Below are positions 1 to 14,664 of a stretch of 64,000 nucleotides of DNA, piece after piece. Under the pieces are notes generated by a model, which searched no databases, was not told the origin of the DNA, and saw only the letters and a list, made by a program, of their open reading frames with translations. The position numbers and the translations under genes were made by a program. Position 1 is the first letter of the stretch. Every line of letters begins with the position of its first letter. The stretch is from Eledone cirrhosa (lineage: Eukaryota): NCBI GenBank assembly GCA_964016885.1, contig OZ024753.1, forward strand, positions 42,594,001 to 42,658,000. The letters run 5' to 3'.

Positions 1-3000
1 AATGGAAGGGTTAATGACATAGACAGTGTCTTTCGTTAGAAATAGGGTAATGGAAGGGTTAATGACATAGACAGTGTCTTTCGTTAGAAATAGGGTAATG
101 GAAGGGTTAATGACATAGACAGTGTCTTTCGTTAGAAATAGGGTAATGGAAGGGTTAATGACATAGACAGTGTCTTTCGTTAGAAATAGGGTAATGGAAG
201 TGTTAATGACATAGACAGTGTCTTTCATTAGAAATATGGTAATGAAAGGGTTAATGACATAGACAGTGTCTTTCGTTAGAAATAGGGTAATGGAAGGGTT
301 AATGACATAGACAGTGTCTTTCATTAGAAATAGGGTAATGAAAGGGTTAAAGACAGACAGTGTCTTTCATTAGAAATAGGGTAATGAAAGGGTTAAAGAC
401 ATAGACAGTGTCTTTCATTAGAAATGTGGTAATGAAAGGGTTAAAGACATAGACAGTGTCTTTCATTAGAAATAGGGTAATGAAAGGGTTAAAGCCATAG
501 ACAGTGTCTTTCATTAGAAATATGGTAATGAAAGGGTTAAAGACATAGACAGTGTCTTTCATTAGAAATAGGGTAATGAAAGGGTTAAAGACATAGACAG
601 TGTCTTTCATTAGAAATAGGGTAATGAAAGGGTTAAAGACATAGACAGTGTCTTTCATTAGAAATAGGGTAATGAAAGGGTTAAAGACATAGACAGTGTC
701 TTTCATTAGAAATAGGGTAATGGAAGGGTTAAAGACAGACAGTGTCTTTCATTAGAAATAGGGTAATGAAAGGGTTAAAGACATAGACAGTGTCTTTCGT
801 TAGAAATAGGGTAATGGAAGGGTTAATGACATAGGTAATGTCTTTCGTTAGAAATAGGGTAATGGAAGGGTTAATGACATGGACAGTGTCTTTCATTAGA
901 AATGTGGTAATGAAAGGGTTAAAGACATAGACAGTGTCTTTCGTTAGAAATAGGGTAATGGAAGGGTTAATGACATAGGTAATGTCTTTCGTTAGAAATA
1001 GGGTAATGGAAGGGTTAATGACATAGGTAATGTCTTTCGTTAGAAATAGGGTAATGGAAGGGTTAATGACATAGACAGTGTCTTTCGTTAGAAATAGGGT
1101 AATGGAAGGGTTAATGACATAGACAGTGTCTTTCGTTAGAAATAGGGTAATGGAAGGGTTAATGACATAGACAGTGTCTTTCGTTAGAAATAGGGTAATG
1201 GAAGGGTTAATGACATAGGTAATGTCTTTCGTTAGAATTAGGGTAATGGAAGGGTTAATGACATAGACAGTGTCTTTCGTTAGAAATAGGGTAATGAAAG
1301 GGTTAAAGACATAGACAGTGTCTTTCGTTAGAAATAGGGTAATGGAAGGGTTAATGACATAGACAGTGTCTTTCATTAGAAATATGGTAATGAAAGGGTT
1401 AATGACATAGACAGTGTCTTTCGTTAGAATTAGGGTAATGGAAGGGTTAATGACATAGACAGTGTCTTTCGTTAGAAATAGGGTAATGGAAGGGTTAATG
1501 ACATAGACAGTGTCTTTCGTTAGAAATAGGGTAATGGAAGGGTTAATGACATAGACAGTGTCTTTCGTTAGAAATAGGGTAATGGAAGGGTTAATGACAT
1601 AGACAGTGTCTTTCGTTAGAAATAGGGTAATGGAAGGGTTAATGACATAGACAGTGTCTTTCGTTAGAAATAGGGTAATGGAAGGGTTAATGACATAGAC
1701 AGTGTCTTTCGTTAGAAATAGGGTAATGGAAGTGTTAATGACATAGACAGTGTCTTTCATTAGAAATATGGTAATGAAAGGGTTAATGACATAGACAGTG
1801 TCTTTCGTTAGAAATAGGGTAATGGAAGGGTTAATGACATAGACAGTGTCTTTCATTAGAAATAGGGTAATGAAAGGGTTAAAGACAGACAGTGTCTTTC
1901 ATTAGAAATAGGGTAATGAAAGGGTTAAAGACATAGACAGTGTCTTTCATTAGAAATGTGGTAATGAAAGGGTTAAAGACATAGACAGTGTCTTTCATTA
2001 GAAATAGGGTAATGAAAGGGTTAAAGCCATAGACAGTGTCTTTCATTAGAAATATGGTAATGAAAGGGTTAAAGACATAGACAGTGTCTTTCATTAGAAA
2101 TAGGGTAATGAAAGGGTTAAAGACATAGACAGTGTCTTTCATTAGAAATAGGGTAATGAAAGGGTTAAAGACATAGACAGTGTCTTTCATTAGAAATAGG
2201 GTAATGAAAGGGTTAAAGACATAGACAGTGTCTTTCATTAGAAATAGGGTAATGGAAGGGTTAAAGACAGACAGTGTCTTTCATTAGAAATAGGGTAATG
2301 AAAGGGTTAAAGACATAGACAGTGTCTTTCATTAGAAATAGGGTAATGAAAGGGTTAAAGACATAGACAGTGTCTTTCATTAGAAATAGGGCAATGAAAG
2401 GGTTAAAGACATAGATAGTGTCTTTCATTAGAAATAGGGTAATGAAAGGGTTAAAGACAGACAGTGTCTTTCATTAGAAATATGGTAATGAAAGGGTTAA
2501 AGACATAGACAGTGTCATTCATTAGAAATAGGGTAATGAAAGGGTTAAAGACATAGACAGTGTCTTTCATTAGAAATAGGGTAATGAAAGGGTTAATGAC
2601 ATAGACAGTGTCTTTCATTAGAAATGTGGTAATGAAAGGGTTAAAGACAGACAGTGTCTTTCATTAGAAATATGGTAATGAAAGGGTTAATGACATAGAC
2701 AGTGTCTTTCATTAGAAATGTGGTAATGAAAGGGTTAAAGACAGACAGTGTCTTTCATTAGAAATATGGTAATGAAAGGGTTAAAGACATAGACAGTGTC
2801 TTTCATTAGAAATGGGGTAATGAAAGGGTTAAAGACATAGATAGTGTCTTTCATTAGAAATAGGGTAATGAAAGGGTTAAAGACAGACAGTGTCTTTCAT
2901 TAGAAATATGGTAATGGAAGGGTTAAAGACAGACAGTGTCTTTCATTAGAAATAGGGTAATGAAAGTGTTAAAGACATAGACAGTGTCTTTCATTAGAAA

Positions 3001-3632
3001 TATGGTAATGAAAGGGTTAAAGACAGACAGTGTCTTTCATTAGAAATAGGGTAATGAAAGGGTTAAAGACATAGACAGTGTCTTTCATTAGAAATAGGGT
3101 AATGAAAGGGTTAAAGACATAGACAGTGTCTTTCATTAGAAATATGGTAATGAAAGGGTTAAAGACAGACAGTGTCTTTCATTAGAAATAGGGTAATGAA
3201 AGGGTTAAAAACATAGACAGTGTCTTTCATTAGAAATATGGTAATGAAAGGGTTAAAGACAGACAGTGTCTTTCATTAGAAATAGGGTAATGAAAGGGTT
3301 AAAGACATAGACAGTGTCTTTCATTAGAAATAGGGTAATGAAAGGGTTAAAGACATAGACAGTGTCTTTCATTAGAAATAGGGTAATGAAAGGGTTAAAG
3401 ACATAGACAGTGTCTTTCATTGGAAATAGGGTAATGAAAGGGTTAAAGACATAGACAGTGTCTTTCATTGGAAATAGGGTAATGAAAGGGTTAAAGACAT
3501 AGACAGTGTCTTTCATTAGAAATAGGGTAATGAAAGGGTTAAAGACATAGACAGTGTCTTTCATTGGAAATAGGGTAATGAAAGGGTTAAAGACATAGAC
3601 AGTGTCTTTCATTGGAAATATGGTAATGGAAG
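1..3632. repeat. 48-bp minisatellite (AGACAGTGTCTTTCATTAGAAATAGGGTAATGAAAGGGTTAAAGACAT), about 75 copies, running off the window start
   Basis: Direct 48-bp periodicity (16-aa period in the ORF track), with occasional 46-bp variants. Identical variant blocks recur 1532 bp apart (347-706 vs 1879-2238). Confidence 0.98.
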
Positions 3633-4214
3633 AATTCAACATTGTTAAGAGATATCAACGTGTGGGGAGTGGGTGGAGAGGATGAAGGGTTTAAGTTGGA
3701 AGAAAAACCACACTTCGGAAATAGATGAGGAAGAAAGAGGTGTGATTAAGAGGAAAGAACACACACAAACACACACACACACACACACTCCACACACTCA
3801 CACACTATGAAACATAATTGCTCATTTCTGAGTAGGAGCAACAAAACTTCATGCTGGTTTAATTAAGACAACTAAAAACAAAAACAAAAAGAATATTTAA
3901 ACATAGCAAATAAGGAAAATAATGAATGCTGCAATATTTAAAAATATTCTTTAAAACATTTTTTTGCTTGTGAATTATGTTGGGTGTGGGGGTGGGGTGG
4001 GGGTGATGTGGTTGGTGGTAATGGATTTATGTTAAAAGACATCGAATATTTGGTTTGTCTTTGCGAATAACAATATATATATTTGGTTAGCTTTCCTTAA
4101 TGACAATATTTCGATTCTTGTAGAAATGTAGAAATCTGAAACCCTGAGAAAAATCTGGTAAAATACCACCCCTGTCTCTTGTAATGCTAAACTCCACCAG
4201 TTGTAGACTGCGCA

Positions 4215-4500
4215 TTAATATGTGATATCTCTCTCCACAAAGTTCGTCACCAGCAGCAGAGTTCAAATAGCAAAGATCAAGTTCAGTCTATAAGTTGACA
4301 TTTTCAAGCCATCGTTTTGGCTGCCGGCCTCTGCTTCTTTTACCAGCCAACCTTCCTTTCAGGCATAACCTACTCACAGCACGAGTTGATCTTTTTATAT
4401 GACTGTATAGTTGGAGTACTCTTGACTTGACAACTTATGTAATTGGTCTAAGTTTGGTATTGTTGAGCAGCTCACTGATACAAATATCCGCTGTATTTGT
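4215..4500 (-). mobile_element. Decayed RTE-clade LINE, 3' end of the RT ORF
   Basis: Minus-strand manual translation LRPIT*VVKSRVLQLYSHIKRS...KGRLAGKRSRGRQPKRWLENV...D(R)TLWREISH matches the RTE C-terminal GKR.RGR...RW and DR..WR motifs. Stops and a frameshift are present. Confidence 0.8.
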
Positions 4501-4763
4501 GAAAAAAAAAAAAAAAAAGCGGCCATCAGTTGCTATGAAGAATCGACCTCCGTACATCTCTCCAATTCCGTCTCAGCGCTCTAAACCATTGAACTAAATG
4601 ACCCCTGACAACAACTCTCTAAAATAAAAAGCTAACTAAACCAACAGTTTGGATGTTAACATTTTGGAAATATTGGAGCTTTTGCTAGGTTTGAAATTCT
4701 TAGAAAATGTAAAAATCCCAAATGTAGAATATATTTGTAACTCCAGTCGATTGCTATAAATAA

Positions 4764-4921
4764 TAGTTTCTGATTTAGACATAAGGCCCACACTTTTGTA
4801 GGCAGGGGTGGGGGGAGTCGATTGAATCGGCCCTAGTGTGTTACTGGTACTTTATTTTATCGACCTCGTAAGAATGAAAGGCAAAGCTAACCTCTGTGAG
4901 ATTTAAACTCAGAACGTAAAT
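4764..4921 (-). mobile_element. tRNA-derived SINE family A, partial
   Basis: Shares the ACTGGTACTTTATTTTATCGAC...GAAAGGCAAAG...GATTTRAACTCAGAACGTAAA core with many copies in the window. Confidence 0.85.
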
Positions 4922-5007
4922 AGCTTTGAAAATCTGGTAAAATACCTTTATAGACGGAAACAAACGTGGCCAGGAGCTGCTACGAAGAACCCTGTACCTC
5001 TCCAATG

Positions 5008-5812
<805 letters not shown>

Positions 5813-6316
5813 TAACGCCCGAAGTTCTCAATAATGGAGCATTCATCATATATTTGAGATAACATGTCTGCTTTGATTTCACAGTCGTGCAACTCTTTAT
5901 AATTAATGCGTACATTCACACATTACATCTCTAATATGCTCCCACCAACGCCTCTATCCTACCAGCTCTCTCTCACACACATATATCAGAGATAACATAT
6001 TGGCTTTCATTCCACAGTCATTGTGCTACTCTTAATATAATTAAGTCTTTTGATACGAAATCTCCCGAAACAGCCCATGGTTCTTCTTTGCTTTAATTTG
6101 TATATTTCTATCTAAAAAAACCCATCCATTATAATTTCATATAAGACCCTTTATGTTATGTTCCAAACACCAAGCCTAGTTATATTACTAAATCCCTACA
6201 AAGTTTTGAATATTTAAACCGGCCATATCCGGCTAGAACTCTCTCACCTCTTTCTGTTTAAACTGACTGTAACTGGTTGCTCATACTGATATTAAGGTAT
6301 AGTTCTCAAAATAAAT

Positions 6317-6560
6317 AATTGTTTCTAATTTTGGCACAAGGCCAGCAACTATCCCAGTGTATTACTGGTACTTTATTTTTGTGGGGAATGGGAAATTCGA
6401 TGAAATTGATCTCAGTACATAACTGGTACTTTATTTTATCGACTTTGTACGGACGAAAAGCAAAGCTAACCTCGGCAGGAGTCGAACTTCAGTACGTAAA
6501 GGGACGTAACTCTACGGCACAAACATATTATCCGACGCTCTACCGATTACTGCCAATCAA
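6317..6560 (-). mobile_element. tRNA-derived SINE family A
   Basis: Family core plus the A-box-like head (CCGACGCTCTACCGATTACTGCCAATC on +). Confidence 0.9.
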
Positions 6561-6626
6561 CCAATAAGAAAGTTACTTATATTAGTAAATCCCATCAAAT
6601 TCTTGATTATTTTCAAAATCATTTGA

Positions 6627-6960
6627 AAACTATAGGCAGTGTCTTTCATAAGAGATGTCAAAACTATAGGCAGTGTCTTTCGTAAGAGATGCCTTTCATA
6701 AGAGATGTCAAAACTACAGGCGGTGTCTTTCATAAGAGATGTCAAAACTATAGGCAGTGTCTTTCATAAGAGATGCCTTTCATAAGAGATGTCAAAACTA
6801 TAGGCAGTGTCTTTCGTAAGAGATGCCTTTCATAAGAGATGTCAAAACTATAGGCGGTGTCTTTCATAAGATATGCCGTTCATAAGAGATGTCAAAACTA
6901 TAGGCACTGTCGTTCATAAGAGATGTCAAAACTATAGGCGGTGTCGTTCATAAGAGATGT
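6627..6960. repeat. 34-bp tandem repeat (AAAACTATAGGCAGTGTCTTTCATAAGAGATGTC) with 17-bp subrepeats
   Basis: Seen directly. Shares CAGTGTCTTTCAT with the 48-bp array. Confidence 0.92.
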
Positions 6961-7074
6961 GGTAATGAAACGGTTAACACTTTTACCCCCCCTCTTACAC
7001 ATGTACAGTCACACTTAGGCTCTCAAATATACGTATTATAAATTACTGATGTACTTAGTCATATACACACGTGA

Positions 7075-7672
7075 GTGTGTGTATATATGTGTTTATGAGT
7101 GTATATATATGTATATATGAGTGTATATATGTGTATATATGTGTATATATGTGTATATATGAGCGTGCAAAAGTAAAATTATACTCATACACACACATAC
7201 CAACATACATACATACATAGAAACGCTCATACATACATATAGACACACACATACAGACACATACATACAAAGACACACATATACAGACACACATACAGAG
7301 ACACATACATACAGAGACACATATACAGAGACACACACATACAGACACACACATACAGACACATACATACAAAGACACACATATACAGACACACATACAT
7401 ACACCCATACAGAGACAGATACATACAGAGACACACACATACAGACACACACATACAAAGAAACACATATACAGACACACATACACAGACACATACATAC
7501 ATAGACACATATACAGAGACACACACATACATACACACACATACAGAGACACACATACAAAGACACACATATACAGACACACATACATATGTACTTTAAA
7601 TACCAAATGTCCTCATGCAGGAAAGCACCAATATCCTGATAGTTATTTCTAGATGATACATGGACATCTTCT

Positions 7673-7718
<46 letters not shown>

Positions 7719-7799
7719 GCTGCTACTGCTACTACCACCACCACTACCACCACCACCACCACCACCACCACCACCACCACTACTACTACTACTACTACC

Positions 7800-7838
<39 letters not shown>

Positions 7839-8140
7839 GCTACTACCACCACCACCACCACCACCACAACCACCACCACCACCACCACCACTACTACTAC
7901 TACTACCACTACTACCACCACCACTACTACCACCACCACCACTACCACCACTACCACCACCACTACCACCACCACCACCACCACTACCACCACCACCACC
8001 ACCACCACCACCACCACCACTACCACCACTACCACCACCACCACCACTACCACCACCACTAATACCACGACCACTACCACCACACACATACACACACTAA
8101 CGCCTTTATTCTGATTAGACGCATATTCTCCTGTGATTTC

Positions 8141-8176
<36 letters not shown>

Positions 8177-8617
8177 TACATGCACACACACACACACATA
8201 CATGCACACACACACACACATACATACATGCACACACACACATACATACATGCACACACACACACACACATGCACACACACACACATACATACATGCACA
8301 CACACACACACACAGACACATACACACACACACACATACACTCACACACTCACATACATACATGCACACACACACACACACACACATGCACACACACACA
8401 CACTCACACACACATACATACGTGCACACACGCACATACACACTCTCCGTTTTGTTTTCTCTCACGTGCACCTCTGTGTCTGTGTGTCTGTGTGAGCGTC
8501 TATGTGTGTCTATTTGTCTGTGTGCGTGTATGCATCTATATGTATGTGTGTGCGTTTGTGTATATACGTACATGTCTGTGTGTGTATAAAATATATATAT
8601 ATATGATATAATCATAC

Positions 8618-8655
<38 letters not shown>

Positions 8656-9168
8656 AAATATGTGCTTATATATGTGTGTGTGTGTATGTAAATATGTGCT
8701 TATATATGTGTGTGTGTATGTAAATATGTGCTTATATATGTGTATGTGTGTATGTAATATGTGCTTATGTATGCGTGTGTGTGTATGTAAATATGTGCTT
8801 ATGTATGCATGTGTGTATGTAAATATGTGCTTATGTATGCATGTGTGTATGTAAATATGTGCTCATATATGCACATACGTGTGTGTGCGTGTGTCTGTAT
8901 ATATGTGCTTATGTATGCACATATGTGCGTGTGTCTATATATGTGCTTATGTATGCATGTGTATGTGTACGTATTTACTTGTGTGTGTGTATGCAGGTGT
9001 ATGTGTACGTATTTACTTGTGTGTGTATGCAGGTTTATGTGTACGTGTATACGTGTATATATATATATATATATATGCAGGTGTATATGTGTACGTGTAT
9101 ATGTGTACGTGTATATATATATATATATATATATATGCAGGTGTATATGTGTACGTGTATATGTGTAC

Positions 9169-9205
<37 letters not shown>

Positions 9206-9220
9206 GGTGTATATGTGTAC

Positions 9221-9255
<35 letters not shown>

Positions 9256-9264
9256 GGTGTATAC

Positions 9265-9305
<41 letters not shown>

Positions 9306-9410
9306 CAGGTGTATACGTGTATACGTGTATATATATATATATATATATACAGGTGTATACGTGTATACGTGTATATATATATATATATATATATAAGCAG
9401 GTGTATATGT
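7075..9410. repeat. Microsatellite mosaic: degenerate (CA/GA)n, (CTA/CCA)n at 7674-8081, (CA)n, (TG)n, (TA)n
   Basis: Seen directly. Confidence 0.95.
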
Positions 9411-9769
9411 GACTATCATTCTCACTTCTTACCTCTACATTAAAGTACCATACCATCATTATTATTCACTCCTCATATATCGTTCATACTAGGCAATCAT
9501 TTTCTATCAAGCCTGACGTGAATTTCCGATATTTTCGCTGCTGCATTAGTATTTTAACTTTAAAAAAATCGATATCTGAAATTCACATGGAAACTAATGC
9601 AGCCTAATTGATCAGCGGAGCAGTGGGCATTTCTCAGTAATTAGTAAGTTTCAACCGAAGAAAATATTACAATTCATTTAATACCAGACAGAATAAGACC
9701 AGGAGCTGTGTAACAGCATCGGAAATATATTTAAAATTTTATATTTATCCCTTCATGCTTGTAAGTGCC

Positions 9770-10993
9770 GTAGTGGTGATTGTTGTAGTGGTGGTGGTGG
9801 TTGTGGTTGTTGTAGTGGTGGTTGTGGTGGTGGTTGTGGTGGTGGTGGTGGTTGTGGTGGTGGTTGTTGTTGTAGTGGTGGTGGTGGTGGTGGTGGTACT
9901 GGTTGTGGTGGTTGTGGTAGTGGTGGTTGTGGTGGTTGTGGTGGTGGTGGTGGTGTTGGTGGTTGTGGTTGTGGTGGTGGTGGTGGTGGTGGTGGTTGTT
10001 GTTGTAGTGGTGGTTGTGGTGGTGGTGGTACTGGTTGTGGTGGTTGTGGTAGTGGTGGTTGTGGTGGTTGTGGTGGTGGTGGTGGTGTTGGTGGTTGTGG
10101 TTGTGGTGGTGGTGGTGGTGGTGGTGGTTGTAGTTGTAGTGGTGGTGGTGGTGGTTGTGGTGGTTGTGGTGGTGGTTGTGGTTGTTGTAGTGGTGGTGGT
10201 GGTTATGGTAGTGGTGGTTGTTGTGGTGGTGGTTGTTGTAGTGGTGGTGGTAGTGGTGGTGGTGGTGGTGGTGGTGGTTGTGGTAGTGGTGGTGGTTGTG
10301 GTGGTTGTAGTGGTTGTTGTAGTGGTGGTGGTGGTTGTAGTGGTGGTTGTGGTGGTGGTAGTTGTGGTAGTGGTGGTGTTTGTAGTGGTGGTGGTTGTAG
10401 TGGTGGTGGTGGTGGTGGTGGTGGTTGTGGTAGTGGTGGTGGTGGTGGTGGTTGTAGTGGTTGTTGTAGTGGTGGTGGTGGTGGTTGTGCTTGTTGTAGT
10501 GGTGGTGGTGGTTGTAGTGGTGGTGGTTGTTGTAGTAGTGGTGGTGGTTGTAGTGGTGGTGGTGGTGGTGGCGGTTGTTGTGGTGGTGGTGGTGGTTGTT
10601 GTAGTGGTGGTGGTGGTAGTGGTTGTACTGGTAGTGGTGGTGGTGGTGGTTGTAGTAGTGGTTGTTGTAATGGTGGTTGCAGTGGTGGTGGTGGTGGTGG
10701 ATGTAGTAGTGGTTGTTGTGGTGGTGGTGGTGGTTGTAGTAGTGGTTGTGGTTGTAGTGGGGGTGGTTGTTGTTGTGGCTGTGATGGTTGTAGTGGTGGT
10801 GGTGGTGGTTGTGGTGGTGGTGGTTGTTGTATTGGTGGTGGTTGTTGTTGTAGTGGCTGTGGTGGAGGTGGTGGTTGTGGTGGTGTGGTGGTTGTTGTGG
10901 TGGTTGTAGTTGTTGTAGTGGGGGTTGTAGTGGTGGTGGTTGTTGAAGCAGCGGTGGTTGTTGTAGTGCCTGTGGTGGTTGTGGCGGTGGTAG
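9770..10993. repeat. (GTG/GTT/GTA)n trinucleotide tract, about 1.2 kb
   Basis: Seen directly. Explains the poly-V and poly-H ORFs. Confidence 0.97.
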
Positions 10994-11111
10994 TTTTCTC
11001 TCGAATAGAATAATGTGCAATAAAAGTTTGAGTTCGAGTCTCAGATGATCCATTTTAGTTTAATTTACGTTTATAATTGCTTAGAAGCGCTGGGAAAATT
11101 GTTTCTAACAT

Positions 11112-11196
11112 ACAGTATTTTCTCGTGTATAAGACGAGAAATTTTCAATTGAAATGAAGGGCAAAAAAATAGGCTCATATTATACACGAGTACACG
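11112..11196 (+). mobile_element. Possible Tc1/mariner (pogo/Tc2-like) terminal fragment
   Basis: TA|CAGTATTTTCTCGTGTATAAGACG with an internal inverted TTATACACGAG. The partner end was not found nearby. Confidence 0.35.
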
Positions 11197-11319
11197 TTTG
11201 CAGAAATTTTTTTACTGAACTTAAAAATGTTCAAGATTCTGAATACATGTTAACAATTATTTAATAATTGGTATTTAATAATTGGTATTTGATAATTGGT
11301 ATTTGATAATTGTTATTTG

Positions 11320-11750
11320 GGAATCAGGGCGTTAAGAATGTCGGATAGAATGCTTTGCAGTATTCGTTCCGGCTCCCTTCTTTCTGAGTTCAAATCCTGC
11401 CAAGGTTGACTTTGCCTTTCACCCATTCAAGGTCGATAAAAAAAAAATCTAGTCCCAGTACTGGGATCAATTCTACCTCTCTATATCTCTTTCTCACTTC
11501 CTCTCTATCTCTCTTTCTCTCTATATCTCTTTCTCACTTCCTCTCTATCTCTCTTTCTCACTTCCTCTCTATCTCTCTTTCTCTCTTCCTCTCTATCTCT
11601 CTTTCTCACTTCCTCTCTATATCTCTTTCTCACTTCCATTCACTCACTACGAGTAGTTTACCTCGGATGGATTTGAACTCAGAGAGCAAAGAGCCGAAAC
11701 TAATACCACAAAGACTTCTATCCGACGCTCTAACGACTCTGCCAGTTCAC
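11320..11750. mobile_element. Two diverged family-A-related SINE copies in convergent orientation (+ 11320-11475, - 11655-11750) separated by a TC-rich tract
   Basis: B-box GAGTTCAAATCC on +, GGATTTGAACTC for the - copy, and the family body motif. Confidence 0.75.
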
Positions 11751-12449
11751 AATAGTGGAAGTAATTTCTGTCAAATAGAATTTCCTATAAAAGTTAGATA
11801 CTTAGTGAAACCATTTGAAACGTCCAATAATGACTAAAGGAAGTTTGTTAAAATTAAACTAGTAATGTGTATTTCTATGTGCGTTTTTTAAAACAAACAC
11901 GGCCATGGGACACCATGTCCTTGCTGTATAATAAATTGTGACACTTTATTCCAGTAATATCAACATGTCCCCATATGATTAGTAATAAAAATAAGATAGT
12001 TAGGTAGGTGGGTATGTATACGACTCGGCCAGGATTTTAGGGCCGATGGAGCCATAACGACATCGCTTTCTCTATCTTATTCACTTCCTGGACGAAGGGG
12101 AAAAACCTGAGACGTTCGTTGGATTTTTGTTATTTTCTCCTCCTCCTAGTAATTGAACTTATTGAACTTTTCTCGGAGCTCTCGGATGATCAAAACAAAC
12201 CACGTTCCGACTGGGTACTCTCTTGAGTTAAACAAACACCAAGCTGATTAATTTATCCGTTTTTTTTTCTATATTTTTTCTTTTTTTCTTCTTTTATTTA
12301 AGTGACGACAGCGTAGCAAAACAACTGGCAACTCATTTAATCAGTTTTTATTTCAGCTATATTACTTTTAATATAGAAAGCTTATCGATATTATGCACAG
12401 CTATAAGAACATTATTGATCTGCACTTAATTATTGCAGTAGACAGGTTG

Positions 12450-12499
<50 letters not shown>

Positions 12500-12869
12500 C
12501 ATGTGCCAGTTGGTTTCTCCTTCTTCTAACACCATCCACTCCCAACTCTTCATTATTTGGAATGTAAATATCCCAAGAGGAAGAAGAAGGAGAAAACATG
12601 AGAGAGTCATTTGTGTAAGGGATTAGCGATAAAAAGGTATTAAGTGTTCTGAAATCCGAAAAGCAGATCAACTTGAGATTCTAACTAGCCTAACCAGTCG
12701 CCATGTTGCCACCGATAAAATACAAACATTGGCCACCATCAAAGTGTCTCTTCTTTGTCAATGTTTGTCAGTTTGATTAGAACACAACATGTTAAATCTA
12801 CAAAATTCAAAGGGTACTCGAATAAATAGGTTTATTATCAATCAGGATTATGTGTCGGACGAAAGTATT

Positions 12870-13191
12870 GTGTGTGTATGTGTGCGTGTCTTTTTGTATG
12901 TGTGCCTCTATGTGTATGCGTGTGTGTTTTTCTGTGTGTGTGCCTGTGTGTCTGTCTGTGAGTCCGTGTGTCTTTTTGTCTGTGTGTCTGTGTGTCTTTC
13001 TGTATGTGTGTCTGTGTTCTGTGTGTGTGTGTATGTGTGTGTGTGTGGTTGTGTGTGTGTGTGTATATGTTTCTAGATTTGTCGAAAGTATTGTGTGTTT
13101 CTGTGTGCCTTCTTGTATGTGTGTCTGTGTGTCTTTATGTATGTGTTTTTTTTAAATATTTGACGAAAGTAATGTGTGTGTCTGTCTGTGT

Positions 13192-13227
<36 letters not shown>

Positions 13228-13680
13228 CAGTATGTGAATGTCTGTGTGTGTGTTTCTATATTTGTCTAAAGTATTGTGTCTGTGTGTCTGTGTGTCTGTG
13301 TCTGTGTGTCTGTATGTGTGTGTGTCTGTATGTGTGTATGTGTGTATGTGTGCCTGTGTGTGTCTGTGTGTGTGCCTGTGTGTGTCTGTATGTGTGTATG
13401 TGTGTATGTGTGTATGTGTGTGTGTGTGCCTGTGTGTGTCTGTGTGTGTTTATATATTACCAGCTATCGTAAAGAAACTGTCATTATTTCGTAAGAATAA
13501 ATTATCGGACACACACACACACAACACACACACACACACACAACACACACACACACAACACACACACAACACACAACACACAACACACACACAACACAAC
13601 ACAACACAACACAACACAACACAACACAACACAACACACACACAACACAACACAACACAACACACACACACACACACGTG
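12870..13680. repeat. Degenerate (TG)n followed by (CA/CAACA)n microsatellites
   Basis: Seen directly. Confidence 0.95.
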
Positions 13681-13716
13681 TATTTAAAATTCCCGTCGTG
13701 TATTCGTGTAGCATTA

Positions 13717-13788
13717 ATAGAGCCTGATGAGTGCAAACAATGATATTTTCCTCTGCTCCAAATATGAAACATTACAGTGTTGTTATAT
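13717..13788 (+). ncRNA. Decayed type I hammerhead-like motif
   Basis: ATAGAGC-CTGATGA-GTGCA...TGCTC-caaatat-GAAAC-ATTACAGT-GTT-GTTATAT. Both core boxes are present, stems are imperfect, and there is an insertion before GAAA. Confidence 0.4.
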
Positions 13789-13966
13789 GAAGTGATAAGG
13801 CCGGAGGCGCAAATTTACTAAAAGTTACGGAAACATTGAAGTTCTGCCAGTAACAGCAGAATATTCCGTATTGAATATTTTTTTGGGAATATTGTCAAGA
13901 CTGAAAAATTATATTACACGCTATGTAAACATCTATGGACCATAAACACAGTTTTCAAAGTGGTAC

Positions 13967-14648
13967 ATGTGTGTTGCTAATATTATTGTTTCTACTTTTG
14001 GCACAAGGCCAGCAATTATTTCAGTGTATTACTGGTACTTTATTTTATCGACCCCGTAAGGATGAAAGGCAAAGTTAACCTCGGCGGGATTTGAACTCGG
14101 ATCCTAAAGGGGCGTAACTCTATGCTGTGTGTTGCTAATATAATTGTGTCTACTTTTGGCACAAGGCCAGCAATTATCCCAGTGTATTACTTGTACTTTA
14201 CTTTATCGACCCCGTAAGGATGAAAGGCAAAGTTAACCTCGGCGGGATTTGAACTCGGATCCTAAAGGGGCGTAACTCTATGCTGTGTGTTGCTAATATA
14301 ATTGTGTCTACTTTTGGCACAAGGCCAGCAATTATCCCAGTGTATTACTTGTACTTTACTTTATCGACCCCGTAAGGATGAAAGGCAAAGTTAACCTCGG
14401 CGGGATTTGAACTCAGATCATAAAGGGACGTAACTCTATGCTGTGTGTTGCTAATATAATAGTTTCTACTTTTGGCACAAGGCCAGCAATTATCCCAGTG
14501 TATTACTGGTACTTTACTTTATCGACCCCGTAAGGATGAAAGGCAAAGTTAACTTCGGCGGGATTTGAACGCAGAACGTAAAGGGCCGTAACTCTCTGCT
14601 ACAAAGCATGGCGCCCGACCCTCTACCGATACTGCCAATCCACCGCCC
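13967..14648 (-). mobile_element. SINE family A with its 3' part tandemly amplified (4 x 158 bp)
   Basis: GCACAAGGCC occurs at 14001, 14159, 14317 and 14475. The last unit continues into the full tRNA head, and TGTGTTGCTAATAT flanks both sides as a candidate TSD. Confidence 0.92.
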
Positions 14649-14664
14649 TGTGTTGCTAATATAA

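Larger units (their letters stand above)
6041..6977. mobile_element. Putative piggyBac-like non-autonomous element with TTAA ends, containing a SINE and a tandem array
   Basis: The left end TTAAGTCTTTTGATAC and right end GTAATGAAACGGTTAA are imperfect inverted repeats bounded by TTAA. The piggyBac assignment is an inference from the TTAA|CC terminus. Confidence 0.45.

Noticed and set aside
347-3642. MKDTVYVFNPFITLFL repeat ORFs
   Set aside because: Translations of the 48-bp array, broken repeatedly by 2-bp deletions.
7596-11053. Poly-G/S, poly-T, poly-P, poly-H and poly-V ORFs
   Set aside because: Trinucleotide microsatellites with no domain or splice support.
12080-12125. CTGGACGAAGGGGAAAAACCTGAGACGTT, hammerhead-like
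   Set aside because: Both core boxes are altered and there is no convincing stem I. Too decayed to call.
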